Assembly (NCBI RefSeq): GCF_902652985.1
Contig: NC_047016.1
Span: 41,540,001 to 41,604,000 of the forward strand
Direction of reading: 5' to 3'
From: Pecten maximus
Taxonomy: Eukaryota
Length of the DNA stretch: 64,000 nt
Of the stretch, positions 36,137 through 50,476 are shown one piece after another. The position numbers and the translations under genes were made by a program. The notes below the pieces were generated by a model. That model did not search any database. It saw nothing but the letters and a program-made list of their open reading frames with translations, and was not told the DNA's origin. Within the stretch, counting starts at the first letter, position 1, and each line of letters begins with the position of its first letter.

Positions 36137-39100
36137 ACCTTACATATCAATATGAAATGAAATAATGATATTTATTGGTTACAATTAAAACCAATAGACA
36201 TATATCGGTTCATGTGGTGACTAGAATTAATAGTAGAAATAAACAACAGTGGTCTGTAAATAAAATTACCTTATATAGCTACGTATAGATGTATGCCATT
36301 ATACATTCGATAGATGACATAATGGGTTGAAAAATATCAGCTAAAACGTTTACTTAGCTTAATATAATTTTGTATTGTCAAGAATATTTGATCATTTTTC
36401 TGTATTGAATAAGTATAATTTCCCCCATAGCAAAGGTTTTTTTTCAGTTAATATTATATCTAACTGAAATAAAGTATTTTGTCTGATATAATGTTGTACT
36501 TGTCACACGATAGTAAAAAATGGTAAGTACTTTCTACTAACCCACATAATGGACTTTCCTCTGAATTTCTTATGTATAAATGTTGTTTAAAATTACTACA
36601 TTTGAGCCTTAATCTTGTATGTAAGATTTGAAGATTTCTATTTCCAATGTTAAATACAATTTGTAACTTGGGATTATTAGTTTGTCCTTTTGTAAAAAGC
36701 CTTTGATTATACTGACAGACGGATTTTCTCGAATATCAACTGGTAATGAATTCCATAACTGTATTGAGGCATTTAAGAATGAGGTTTTGTAAAACTGAGT
36801 TCAGACTTAGTTCTGCAATTAATAAATTGAGAGTAAATTATTTGAATTTCGTGTATTATTCCTATGACTATCTGATACTTTACCTGGAATAAGATCTGAT
36901 AGATAAAATGGAGTTTTTTCTTGTGATACATTTTATGAAACTGTACAATTTTGTGATTTTCCCGTCTTTTAGATATTTTTTTCCAGCCCACATCTTTATA
37001 CAATAGATTTACACTAGACAATTTTGTAGCACCTATAACTATTCTTGCTGCTTCTATTTGAATGTTTTCTAAATTTTTATACAAGTAATTTGGTAAATTA
37101 TCCTAGACAATATCAGAATATTCTAAAATAGGTCTAATAAAAGCAAAATATATTGTTTGGAGAGAATTCCTATCAAGGGTGTTTTCTTAAATTTCTTAAT
37201 ACTGCTAGTCTTGGTGATACTTTTTTTCAATATATAGTCAACATGTTTATGTCATGTACCATCGTCAGATATCAATACCCCTAAGTGTTTATGAGATTTT
37301 ACACTAGTTACATTTATATTGTTCATAGTGATAGGATCATATATCCCTGGTATAGTTTTCCTGCTAATTAATAACGATTCTGTCTTATCGGGATTGAATT
37401 TTACTAACCACTTATTTGCCCATATATGTATTTTCGAAAGATCCTTATTGATAGTATTGATAGCGAGAGTGCGATTTTCAACTATTATATACAAGGCTGT
37501 ATCATCAGCAAATAATTTTATTTTACAATTTATGTCATTCACAATAACATTTATGTATACGAGGAAGAAAAGAGGTCCTAAGATTGAACATTGAGGTACA
37601 CCTGCTTTGATATTTTGAGTTTCCGAAGAAATATCATTTATTACAACCCTTTGACTTCTGCCAGATAAATAATTTTCACACCAAGCTAGTAATTTCCAAG
37701 ATATGCCCGATTCTTTCAATTTATGGATAAGACCCCTGTGCCAAACACGATCAAAGGCTTTACTAATATCACAAAATACAGCAATAATTTATGTACCCGC
37801 GTCTAAAGCCCTCCCAATATCATTTGTAATGTCTAGCAATTGATTTGTTGCAGAATCCCCAGGTGTGAAGCCTGATTGACAATTTGTAAAAAAAAAAAAA
37901 ATTGTATCTATAAAAAAATTGTAAAAGTGTTTGAAAATACACCTTTCCATTAATTTGCCAACAATACTTATCAAAGATATGGGTCTATAATTTGAAACAG
38001 TAGTTTTATCGCCTTTTTAAAAAACTGGTGTAACATTCGCTATTTTCCATAAAGAGGGATATATACTACAATCGATGGACTTAATTGTTAAATAATTTGG
38101 CCAGAATTGAAATAACAGACTGTGTCTTTGCTGCCTTCATTATTCTTGGACTCATTTTATCTGGACCAGAAGCTTTGGAAATATCTAACATATTGATTGC
38201 ATCTTCAACATCTTGTTCAGTAATATTAATATTTTGAAGTTTTTTTATCAGGGGTATTTACATTACAGGGTGGTGTTATATTAGAATCATCAATAGTAGA
38301 TTGACTAATAAAGTAGGTATTAAAAATATCTGCTTTTTGTTTATTATCTCCATAGTATATATTAGTATGTATCAGCGTTGGTATATGAGATGTTTTGACT
38401 GAAAAAATTGTAAAAGTGTTAATCAATTTCCACCAGTCTCGTGTCGATGTAGACATACATTTTATCTTACTTTATATTTTTAAATGTTCATTTTTTGCTC
38501 TCCTAATAACATCAATACATTTATTTCTTGCCTGTCTAAATTGTAGCCAATGATATGGATTTTGTGTACTTTTAGCTTTCCGATGTAATCGTTTCCGAAC
38601 CCTAATTAATTTTCTAACTTCATTATGCATCCATAGTGGTTCATTTTGCCTTATTGTTACAGTTTTATTAGGAATACACCCTTTTGCAATGTTCAAAATT
38701 GCGGAATTAAAAAACCAAGCGAATTCATCAATTGTTAAATTTTCAAGTGGACTAATCCAGTCTATATCATTCAATCTATCACAAAACATTTTATAATCAC
38801 CATTCTTATATAACCAAATATGCCTTTCGATACTCATATTAAAAGTATTAAGACCAATATGTAAAAAAGTGTAAATAGGGCAGTGATATCTTGTCTCAGC
38901 AGGTAAAAAGGATTCGCCCACAACAACGTCCTTTATAATATTTATATCATTTGTCATAAATATATCTAAACGAGAGGAAGAGTGTTCTGTAAAATGAGTA
39001 GGTTCGTCAACAAATTCAATGAAATTATATCGATACATTATGTCACTGATATGATGCGAATTAGTAGCTAACTGATTTTCATTAAAATCACCTGTAATTA

Positions 39101-39298
39101 AAATATCGTCAGATTTATAATTAGCTACCATATCAATAGAATAATCTATTAAATTCCAAATTTCATTTCCAGAGTTTGGAGGTCTATAAAAAGTTCCCAG
39201 CATAATTATTTTATTGTTAAACTGTAGTTCTATCCAAATGCATTCAAGATTATTTACTTCAAATTCCGAACGACGGATCGCAGTAATACTTTTATCAA

Positions 39299-42200
39299 GT
39301 CTATATCTTTGATAATGGGTAATGACTATATGTCTCGTAGAGTGGCAATCAGTACTTTTTATTCCAAAGCCTATGGTAGATTTATATTGAAATATTCATA
39401 CCTCTTATTCTTCTACTATACATTTTTCTTGTTTTTTTTTTACAAAAAAATTAAAACACAATTTGACCAAGTTTGCAAGCTTATTGAATACGTTTTTGCT
39501 TTCACATCTAAACAATATAGATTTCATGTTAATCTTGCTATTGCTTTTACTACAGCATATGGACATTGCATCAAATCCTGGTCCTGGACCAGGTGAACTC
39601 TTAATTTTTCATTTAAAAATCAGAAGTATACGGAATAAAATCGATTATATAGAAAATTTTGCAGGAGAGTATGATATACAATAATGTAATTTGCCTAACC
39701 GAAACACACCTTGATGCTTCTTTACCGACAAGTGAATTGATTATTGATGGTTTTTACTCCCCTTTTAGACTTGATAGAAATTTTGCAGGGGGTGGTATAA
39801 TGGTATATATAATATTGATGCACTTAAAGTCAATAGATTTGGGCTTGAAGTTATGTGGTTTGAAGTGCTTCTTCCTGAAGGTAAGAAAATCGTTATATGA
39901 ATGGCTTATCTGTCTAATTATCATAATGCTAATCATTTTTGGAATATACTTCGTATCTCTTTAAACTAGCTTAAGACCTTACTGATAATGTTATATTGTT
40001 AGGAGATCTGAATGTAGATTTGTTAACAATTTCTCAATATCATGTTTTTGCAGATATTGTTGATACTTTTAATTTGATTAATGTAATATCGGAACCTACC
40101 CGAGTAGGTGCGACAAGATCAAGTTTACTTGATCCTATTTTATTATCAGATTCTCTTACTTGTATAGACTCTTCTGTTATTGAAACTGATAAAGATTTTA
40201 CTGATCATGAAGCTTGTGTTGCTTATATTGAAGTTCCTTTTAAAATTAAACCTGTTTATAGAAGACGAGTATGGCTATATAAAAGAGGTAATTTTGAATT
40301 ATTTAATAATCTTATCAGGGAATATGATTGGAATACTCTTTGTTTTAAAATTGCGATTCAGTTGATTCTGCAAGTGTACAATTTACCAAAGTTTTCCTTG
40401 ATTTTGCTAATATATGCATACCAAATAAAGATGTTACTATTAGACCCAAAGATAAGCAATGGATGAATTCTGATTTGAGAACAAATATGAGAATACGTGA
40501 AAGGTTGAGAAAAATTGCGATTAATTCCAAGCTTCCAAGGGACATAACAAATTAAAAAAAAAACAGAGGAATAAGGTAAATAACATGAAAAAAATTTGCA
40601 AAATCATTTTATGACAATGTAGGTGATCTCATTGATTATTATTATTCAGGTGATCCTAAAAATTATTGGAAATTAATAAAGAGACTTATAGGTAATTCAG
40701 GGTCAGAATCTATTCCTACTCTTTTAGACCCAACCTCTGGTCATTTATCGGTCGATGATAAAGACAAGTCAAATTTACTAAATGAATATTTTTGTAGTAT
40801 TACTAATATTGATGATGATAATACTGAAGTGCCTATTTTAGAACTGAAAACTAACAGCTTTCTAAATTCTTTATTAGTTACTTCTAATGAAATTTGTGAT
40901 GTTTTAAAAAATTTAAAGCTTGGTAAAGCTTCAGGTGAAGATGGTATAAGTCATCATATGCTTAAATACACTGCTGATACAGTTTGTAAACCACTTGAAC
41001 TTCTTTTTAATTTTACTTTATCTACTTGTATCTTTCCAAATATATGGAAAATAGCTAAAGTTATGCCTCTTTTTAAAAAAGGAGATAGGCATTCTATAAC
41101 AAACTATCGTCCCATATCTCTTCTTTCTACTTTTTCTTATTTTTATAAATGACATAGCTGATAATCTTGAATCAACAGCACGTTTATTCGCTGACGACAC
41201 TCCTCTTATAAAGTCGTCTTCCTCATGTCGTGAAATAGAATTAGTTTTAAACAGAGATTTAGAAAAAAAAAATCAGTGAGCAAAAACTTGGCTTGTTACT
41301 TTTAATCCAAATAAAACTGAGGTAATTTTTATATCAAACTCTGACAATATTGAAGAAAATCTTGATTTAATTTTTGATGGAACCTTTTTAAATTTTAGTA
41401 GTTTTCATAGACATCTTGGAGTCATATTTAATTCAAATGCTAAATGGTCTGACCACATCGATGAAATTTACAAATCAGTACTGAAAAAAATAACGTCTTG
41501 AGGAAAATTAAATATATGTTAAAGAATGATGTTCTTTTAAGAATTTATAAATCATTTATTTTACCTGTACTTGAATATGCATGTGAGGTTTGGGACGGAT
41601 GCTCTCAAGCTGATTCAGAAAAGTTAGAGCGGGCTCAGCGTGAAGCAATAAGAACAATAACCGGGTTACCATCTTATACAAGAAAGGAATATTGATATTT
41701 TGAAACAGAATTGGAACTCGTTTCAGACAGAAGAGCTAGAAGAAAACTTCAATTACTATATAAGATAAACAATAATATGACTCTAAGTCATCTATCAAGC
41801 TTATTACCTCCTTCAGTAGGCGATATTAATCCATACACTTTAAGAAATAAGGACACCTTCAGAATTCCAAATTACCGACTTTCCACTACAACTAACTCCT
41901 TCTTGCCCTCTGCTTTAAAAACCTGGAATAACTTAGACGACAATATTAAATCCTTACCTCTTAATTCTTTTAAACTAGCTCTTTCCCAACCTATCTCTAC
42001 TAGTCTGCCTTGTTACTTTAATTATGGAGAAAGAAAGTTTAACATTATACAAACTAAATTAAGACATCAGTGTAGTTCCCTCAAAGATGATCTTTTCCGT
42101 GTAAATTTAGCACAGGACTCTATTTGTGTAAACTGTGGCAATATTTGTGAAAATGTCCATCATTTCTTTTTTGAGTGTCAGAGATATTTTACTGCCCGTG

Positions 42201-42564
42201 CTGAAATGCTCCAAGCTTTTAATGACTTAAACATACATGTCGATTTAAATTTATTACTTTATGGAAATGAAAACTTGGCTTTGGAAGTAAATTGTTATGT
42301 ATTTGAACATGTGCAGTCATTTATAAAGTCCAGCAGAAGATTTTGAATGTAATATACTTGTATATCTTTATTATGTACATTGCATGTTAAATTAAATTAT
42401 GCAGGTTTTTTTTCTTTTCTTCCCATAAATGTTGATTTTACTATATATTATACCTATGTCATCGTTTGTAAATAATAATATGTTTATTGGAGAAGGCTTT
42501 ATAAGTTGGAATGACTTGTGCCTAATCCCTTTGTTCTTACAATAAAATATGTTTAAAGTAAAAA
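39299..42564 (+). mobile_element. Nested CR1/L2-group LINE, opposite orientation, with internal RT deletion
   Basis: 14-bp TSD AATACTTTTATCAA (39285-39298 and 42565-42578). Motifs LLLQHMDIASNPGP, ICLTETHL, LGDLNVD, KASGEDGIS. NYRPISLLS is joined directly to ...FINDI...LFADDT, so the RT core is deleted. C-terminal CVNCGN...HFFFEC. 3' AATAAAATATGTTTAAA plus A-rich tail. Confidence 0.92.
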
Positions 42565-43669
42565 AATACTTTTATCAACATATACGGCAATACCTCCCCG
42601 CCCACCCTATCTGACCGAGATTTTACAAATGGGCCATGAAATTTAGAATGGGAAAGATCGTCTGATTTTTCCGTATTTGGTGATAACCAAGTTTCAGTAA
42701 ATGATAAAATGTCATATTGATATAGTTCACTAAAATTATGTCTGTTTTTGGTAATAAACTAGTAGTGCACTTCCGATAAGTAGTTTTGGTTTAGAATGGA
42801 TAAATCAGAAAGGGATGGACGTTCGGGACCCGGGTAACTTTCAATATCGCCACAGCGAAGGAGAACTTTTAGAAAACATATCAGAAAAAATATATAACTC
42901 ACAGTAAAAAAAAATCAATAACACATGTAAAAACAAGGTCAGGGTACGATCCATAACGTAAAAGGGAGAAATAAAGACATGAAAATAATATCAGTATATA
43001 GGATACAATATACTTCAAAATAGGAAGTGTATGTACAAGGTGTATAGTATCAGAATATTTATCCAACTTCTTAACAGTACACATGTTTAAGGAATGTTTA
43101 TCAAGTAAGTCTTTTTGTTTGCTCAAAGGTAACTGACTTGACCTCGCATGATACAAACCGATACTGACACGGTAGGAAAAATAATCAACAGGTATTATGT
43201 AATATGATAGGCATAGTAAGGATATCTCCGTGTCCAAATATATTCAGTTTGCAAAAGACGAGGTTCAAGTGAGAAAACATAGTGCCACTGAGTAATAAAG
43301 TAAATAGAGTTTAGCAGTACAAATCACTTCTCAATAGGAATAAGAAGGTACGTTTTATAAGTCACCACAGTACAATAACATAAGTAACAAAACATTAAAA
43401 TTGAAATGAAAATTGTTATATTACATCGGGTAGGCATCTAGTATTGAGGGGGGAATGATTGTAATTTGGCCTGCTGTTTACTAAACACACAGCCATATGT
43501 GTACATTATATCACATGCCCAATAATCACCAGCATGCATATTTGGTGGGTGCAAAATAGCACAATGCACAATGACATTTACATGGCGACGCATGTACATG
43601 CTAGCCATATAGACACACATTCACACAATCACTCACCTACAATAATCATATAGACATCGGCATACATAT

Positions 43670-43872
43670 ACACACATTCATTCATTAGCTCACACATACA
43701 CACATGCATTCATTAGCTCACACATACACACATGCATTCATTAGCTCACATATACACACATGCATTCATCAGAACATCTATACATACATGCATTCATCAG
43801 CACACCTATACACACATGCATTCATCAGCACACCTATACACACATGCATTCATCAGCACACCTATACATACA
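43670..43872. repeat. 28-bp minisatellite (~7 copies)
   Basis: CATTCAT(T/C)AGC(T/A)CAC(A/C)(C/T)ATACACACATG units. Confidence 0.85.
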
Positions 43873-45443
43873 TTAATAATTAGAGACATGGTTGGGTTTA
43901 TTTTGTTTAACGTCCTATAAACAGCTAAGGCGTCTAACGTTACGTTAGATATCTTTTTCTATGTACATTATATATATATATTGTGTCCAGGGACCCGGAT
44001 TTGATATAGACTATTAATGATAGATAATACATACTGTTTATATCTGGAAGATTATTCAGTACAGAACAGTTGTGTATACAATTGTCTTTCACATACTATT
44101 CCTTTTCACAATCATGTTTATAGACTACATGTCGGTAGGGAATAGAAAGCTGTACAATCAAAAACAATTATTGTATGTGTATTTAACCTATAGAATTTTA
44201 TATACTGTTTCATATAGCATAAGCTGGCTTTCTCCTTGTATTTTACACAGCACTACTAAACTTTCGGTAGAGCTATTCTCTCAACGAAAAGTTCACTGTC
44301 TTTATACATTTACTCAACAACAAGTGTACATAAAGTGACTTTATATACAGTACAGGTAAAAATCATAGGTACCCTTGGGTACTGCCCATTACTGGGGGTT
44401 TTGCTGTTCATCACCTCTTAGGGTGTAGTGCACTAATATAGTTTACCTGTAGTTTAAATGTAATGCACTACTGCACCAGGTGTAAAGGTTAGCTCACACT
44501 CCACTGTATTACTGGTACGGAAATGTGAGAGTTGTGTCCCTTCGATAGAAACGTGTTCTCTTCAAAATGTAAAGGAGCTATTGTCGTTCATTGTCATACT
44601 TATATATTATTATACATGTACATCATGATGTTTTTGTGTAGCTTATATTTGATGCAGTTTGGTATGTTGTGAAGGATAAGTTTGATCATTTTATAACGAG
44701 TGAAACATGATCATGATTTTTTTCTCATCATGAACTGTTAAGGATGTACGTTAAAGGAAACTTTTCAAAAGGCGGGGGTCTAGAGTCACCCAGGTCCCCA
44801 GAAACTCTCGACAAAGTGTCGTATTACCAAATTCTGGGAGTTTCTTTTCAGCTTTTTGTTTAATCATCACGTTATTATTTCCCATGATTAACTGTTCTAG
44901 GGTCAAGAAAATAAGACAGGATTGCATGTTAAGAGGGCGTGGGACATTAAAGAAAATAAAACGGGGATCTCAGAGCAGTCCAAGATCAATACGTTTTTAA
45001 ATGGAGTTAATAAAACGATAATATCTGTTGGGATTATCTTTAAAAGTGTTTATGTCCACACAAACTTCTAAGAATGCAAAGTTTTCAGATTACATAGAAG
45101 ACATAAGATCGTTTTCTCTCTCAATTTGTTGCCGTGTATTCTTTGTTTTAGCACCCCGCCTGGATCCGCCTATGACTTGCATACGCGTAGCCAGGTTATT
45201 TTGTATGTGTATGTAGAGAAATGAAATGATGGGTGGATGAGTACCGTATTATAACATACTTTAAGTGTATGTACAATTTAAGCCCGTCATTTCCGGGTGT
45301 CCGGGTACTTAAGTTGTCCTGTTTTAAACGACGAGCCTTGTACAGCATTTAGAATGATAATTTGTGTTGACTTAACCTTATTTTGCACGCTTGGAACTTA
45401 TTTATACATAATCATTACAACAAGATGGCATATATACATATTT

Positions 45444-45447
<4 letters not shown>

Positions 45448-45484
<37 letters not shown>
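45448..45484. repeat. (GA)n microsatellite
   Basis: Direct reading of the sequence. Confidence 0.95.
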
Positions 45485-45485
<1 letters not shown>

Positions 45486-45497
45486 ACTCACAATACG

Positions 45498-45768
45498 ATG
45501 CCTATGGGGTATATAATTAGGGTTTTGACCAACGTTGTGGGGAATAATCGGTTGTATGGGGATTCCTCTGATTCCCCATAAATCCAAGCACTATTTTATA
45601 AGAATCGGGATACAAAAATTTGTAAGTTGCCGCCAAAAGTTGAAAATGTGCTATTTTTAGAACAACTGGCAAATTCCATTCTCTCACACTGCCGTAGAAG
45701 TCGGCTTCAAGAATTAAGGGTAATATTCCCCTCAAACCTAATAAATGTAATAAATATTCCCCACAAGA
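45498..45768 (+). mobile_element. Partial copy of the MITE found at 52158-53131
   Basis: ATGCCTATGGGG..., GGGGATTCCTCTGATTCCCCATAAATCCAAGCAC... and GTTGCCGCCAAAAGTTGAAAATGTGCTATTTTTAGAACAAC match 52156-52218 joined to 52904-53060. Confidence 0.75.
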
Positions 45769-45884
45769 CGAGAGAGAGCAGTAACCTTAGTCAGTCTCAT
45801 CAGTCATTCTAATCAGCTAGTCTCATCACTTAGCAACATCAGTCAGTGTCTCATCAATCAGTGCCATTAGTCAGTCACATCAAT

Positions 45885-46570
45885 ACTGTATGGTATTACA
45901 AGAAAGATATTGTGATAATATTGTATTACAAGAAAGATATTGTGATAATATTGTATTACAAGAAAGATATTGTGATAATATTGTATTACAAGAAAGATAT
46001 TGTGATAATATTGTATTACAAGAAAGATATTGTGATGTTATTGTATTACATGAAAGATATTGTGATAATATTGTATTACAAGAAAGATGTTGTGATGATA
46101 TTGTATTACAGGAAAAATATCATGATGCTATTGGATTGCTAGAAACATCCAATATTGTGATAATATTGAGTTACAAAAGAGGTGTTGTGATAGTATTGTT
46201 TAACAAGAAAGGTATTTTAATTGTAATGTCATGTAAAAACGTCACTGTGCTGTAATTGTCTTGTAATAATGCATAGTGGGGTATTGTTTTATAAGAATGA
46301 CATTGTGGGGGTATTTTTTGTGTGAAGGCCGTTGAGGGAGTATTGTTTTGTAAGAATACCGTTCGGGGGTATTGTTTTGTAGGAATGACGTTGTGGTTGT
46401 ATTGTTTTAAAAGAATGACATTGCGGGGGTATTATTTTGTAAGAGTGTCATTGTGAGTTTTTTTCTTTTTTTAAAGATATCATTTTGAGGGTTTTTTCTT
46501 TTAAGAATATCATTGTGAGGGTATTGTCTAGTAAGAATATCAATGTGAGGGTATTGTCTTGTAAGAATGA
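45885..46570. repeat. 30-bp minisatellite with a polar decay gradient
   Basis: GTATTACAAGAAAGATATTGTGATAATATT is near-perfect for ~8 copies (45892-46130), then increasingly diverged units continue to ~46570. Confidence 0.85.
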
Positions 46571-49500
46571 CATTTGTTAGGGTAACTAGAGCTCAATGTG
46601 ATCTATGCTGGCCGTGACTATCACAAAAGGTCATCGTTGTTATTAATAGTAATTTCTTGTTATCGTTATGTCGACTTATTTTTTAAATGGATCGAAATCA
46701 AACAAATGATTGCATGAAATTACCTCGTTTTTTAGGTTTCGAAAGTAAATGTTAAGGTCATGATTGTTATCTATAGAAAATATTTGTCATCACTGTAACG
46801 ACTTCGTTTTTGAAGGATTTTAAAGTAGCTTTATAAAGAGATAACATATGAGAGTACCTTTGTTTCAGTGTGTCAGGGTCAAGGTCATAGTTACTGCTCA
46901 TAAAGAATATTTGTCATTGCTCTAGAGATTTTATTTTGAAAAGGATACTGATCAAACTTCACGCAATGCCCGGATTACAGTTACTCTATCAGAACATATT
47001 TTCATCACTTTAGTGCTGATATTTAATATCACAAAAGGCAGTTGCTAGTGTAGTGTACAAATATGTAAAGTACACAACCGGATGCACATGTACCAGTATT
47101 TGTTCGGTAATAAGTCCAATCCTGGTAATAAGTCCAATTCTGGTAATAAGTCCAATCCTGCTAATAAGTAAAATCTTTGTTAATAAGTCCAGCCATACCT
47201 TTGTAACTAGAGATATGTACAAATATTATTTCAATGTTCTGCAATAAGCCCTCCCTCTTGGAGTTATCCTTCTCAGCTTACTGGAGGACAATTACGACAG
47301 TTGTTGCGGGAACGCGAAGGTATTTGTATCCGTTTAGTCGATTACTATACTCTAAAAATAAGAAAATAATGTTGATGAAGAAACATTTGTGCATTTTGTT
47401 ATTTGAAATACAGCTAAAATATCGAGTCATAAATTGTCTTTGTTTCTTAGTTTACTTGGAACAGCTAAGTTAATGCAGTGGTGCATTTCGACCATCGGCG
47501 ACCTCATCTCATTATCATAAAAGTAACTAATATTGGACTAATAGTATCTTAAGATAGAGGGCCGGGTAGTTTGTTCAAATGGATAATCTTGACCAAAAGG
47601 TCACAGGTGTAAATTGTCTTAAAGAAGATTAACTAAGAGGCTCAGATCAATAATATGTTAACCGATAGCATGCTGCGATGAAAAGGCTTCGAGTTTATTC
47701 CAAAGAATGAGTTCTGCCTACTCAAAGGGTCAAAATGTGCCAAACTCTCCAGATTTTCTCTGATAATTTAAAATAACCAAGTCGCACGTCGAAGGAGTCT
47801 GGTATTTGGCGACTAAATTATTGTGAACACTATATAAGTTTGGGAAGCTAACATCAACCGGCTGATACAACACACATGTGGTTTACTTACTTACTTACTT
47901 AGCTGTGGCGTACAAAATCTGTAACTGATTCACTGTATATCTTACACAACAACGACACATTCGGGAAACACATTTGTGGGTACTATAAAACGGGTTCATT
48001 TAGTAATTTAAATTTGAACAACTTATTAACAGAATAATAACGTGAATGTAGAGGAGATCACATGTCAATGCCTGGCAATTGAACCCGGGATCTCTGCCTT
48101 ATTAGACTAAACAAATGAATGAACTAAAGATAAATTATAAACCGGTTAACTTACCATGGGTATATATATAGGTAAGCAATTTAATCTAATAATGACTTGC
48201 CTTCAATATAAACTATTCTCGTCCCCAGGTAAAACTCGCGTAAAATTGCGATTTTTACCTGGGACGAGGATAACAAGAAATAACAAATGTATGTTTGTGT
48301 GCAGTGCGGTTTAAAAAAATGTTCTGCCTTTAAAAATACCTCTCAATTGTCTGTTTACTTCAATATGAAGTTATTTAACTTGAGCTGTTAAAGTACCTTC
48401 ACCCAAGCATACAGCACATGTACCCTATACCAGGATGTATCTTTTAATAGAACTCTTACGTCAGACTTCTACATTTTCACAAGTTAACTTAATATACCGT
48501 AAGGAAAAGAAAGTAGTTTTGAACCAATGTAAAGATCAAGTGAACTGATACTATTTATATAAATTTCAGTTGAATGCTGAAATAGAGTGGACTATCTTAC
48601 GGTGTAGATTGCAGAAAAAATAGCGATAAAAATTCTACTTCTGTAGATTAACTAATTTTGGTATCACTTTAAATAGGGATTTCCAAAATCGAACACGTGT
48701 GTGTGACCGTCATCATCAATGTCACCATTATAATTGATAAAGAATCTTTGTCATTGCTCTAGCGACTTTATTTCAAGGATATTACTCAGACTTCACATAT
48801 TGATCAGGTATGAGAATATCCCAAATTAGTTCGTGTTTCAAAGCGATAAAGTTGCTAGTGTTGGATGAGAACAAGATTTGTCAGAATAATAAACCCTTCC
48901 ATACTAATAATAGTTTATCAGGCAATAAGCCAATATCAAATTATCCATTCCATAACAGTTTATCATGCAATAAGCCAATAATAACCAATCCATTCCAATT
49001 AAATTTTACCAGGCAATAAGCCAATAATAAACACCCATATCAATTAAATTTTATCATGCAATAAGCCAATAATAAAACCGCACGTACTTATTACAGTTCA
49101 GTGAAAATGATAATAACTAATGTTTTTTTATTGTCTTGCAATAACCATCAACTAACACCACATCCGAATTTTCCCAGAATTTACCCGTTGGCCCTCTTGG
49201 CTTATTGGAGGTAAATAACGACATGTATACCTGGCTCTAAGAGTAAATATGTATCGTTTGTGAGGCCTTGGTAAACTGGGCAAATTTGACAATTATGATA
49301 CTAAAGAAACGTGTACATTTATGTATTCGATTGTTTGTAATAAAGGGTAAATTTAAAAAAAACAAACTCACAGCCTTTTTTTTTCTAGGATTTAATCTGG
49401 GTTAGGGTTGGTTAACGCCGTGGTACATTCCTTCCATCGTCCAACTTTTTGTCCGTCTACAACGCCCTTTTCTCAATAGCATGAACACATCTATTAAATC

Positions 49501-50476
49501 AAGGACTGTTTGTAGAGTTTGTCAAAATGCATAACCTTGACCCACTTTCAATGTTACAGATGTTACAGACTTCTTCTTAATTGCTGATATGCATAGTTTA
49601 ATTATATTTTGGAAGTAGCACTTAGATGAAAAGTCATTCAGCTTGTTTAAAAGAATGACCTTGGCCTACGTTTGAATTAACGTTATAACTGTATTGTATT
49701 GCACAATTATAACCTTTCGATAAGGTCGATACATGGTTTTATCAATCTGAAAAAATTATCGACCGAGAACGAAAATTATATATTTTGTGATATTATTCTA
49801 TTATTAAAAGTACTTTGTGATACTTATAAAATAAAACATGTACTCAATTAAACAGCATTAAACTTATTAAGCTTGCTTTCAGTACGCACGAATTTTCAAC
49901 GCAATGCAAAAACTTAACTGTAATAAATTACACATACTTTTGTAATAGCATTTTATGATCAAAAACAGATTGTGGTATTATGTACATAATTTCATATCTG
50001 ATCTGTATTTTGTTTCACACAGTGCTATTATGTCATATGTAGTGATGGGCGTGACCTGTTAATGCGTCTCTCTACCAAATATATACCATGTACCCGGAAC
50101 GTGTCTAAAATAAACCTATATCTTCTAAAACACATTCCCGTCAGCTTAAACACATACTTAGGTACAGGAATTTTGATAACTTAAAAGACAAAATAAATTC
50201 AGAAAATGCTTCTAAACTTCAACAGAGTGTCAAAATAAAGTGAAAGACATGGCATTGTAGATTACAGAAGAAATATCCGTAATAAATTTTGTATACTGTA
50301 TACATCTGTATACTGACTAGGAATAGTAGAATTTTTATAGGTTTTTACGAATAAAACATCCTTGTCTATATATAACACCCGTATTACTGCATTCTTTATT
50401 CAAAATGGCTACTTCGTGAGGACATCAGAACGTTTTACACTAGTGTTAAGCTTTTTATAATAGGAAAAAGGACAAA

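Larger units (their letters stand above)
35927..43250 (-). mobile_element. Degraded CR1/L2-group LINE (APE endonuclease + RT), interrupted by a second CR1
   Basis: Minus-strand ORF pieces: LGTFYRPPNS...ITGDFN (APE), QSGFTPGDSATNQL, AGVPQCSILGPLFFLVYIN...LFADDT (RT), HKHLGV. 3' end AATAAAATATTGTTTAAAC plus (AAACC)n tail at ~35927-35965. The N-terminal part resumes at 42579 (GGIAVYV, SFTETWL, LLRCGDIESYPGP). 5' boundary approximate. Confidence 0.9.

Noticed and set aside
45846-46255. 10-aa periodic ORFs
   Set aside because: Products of a 30-bp minisatellite.
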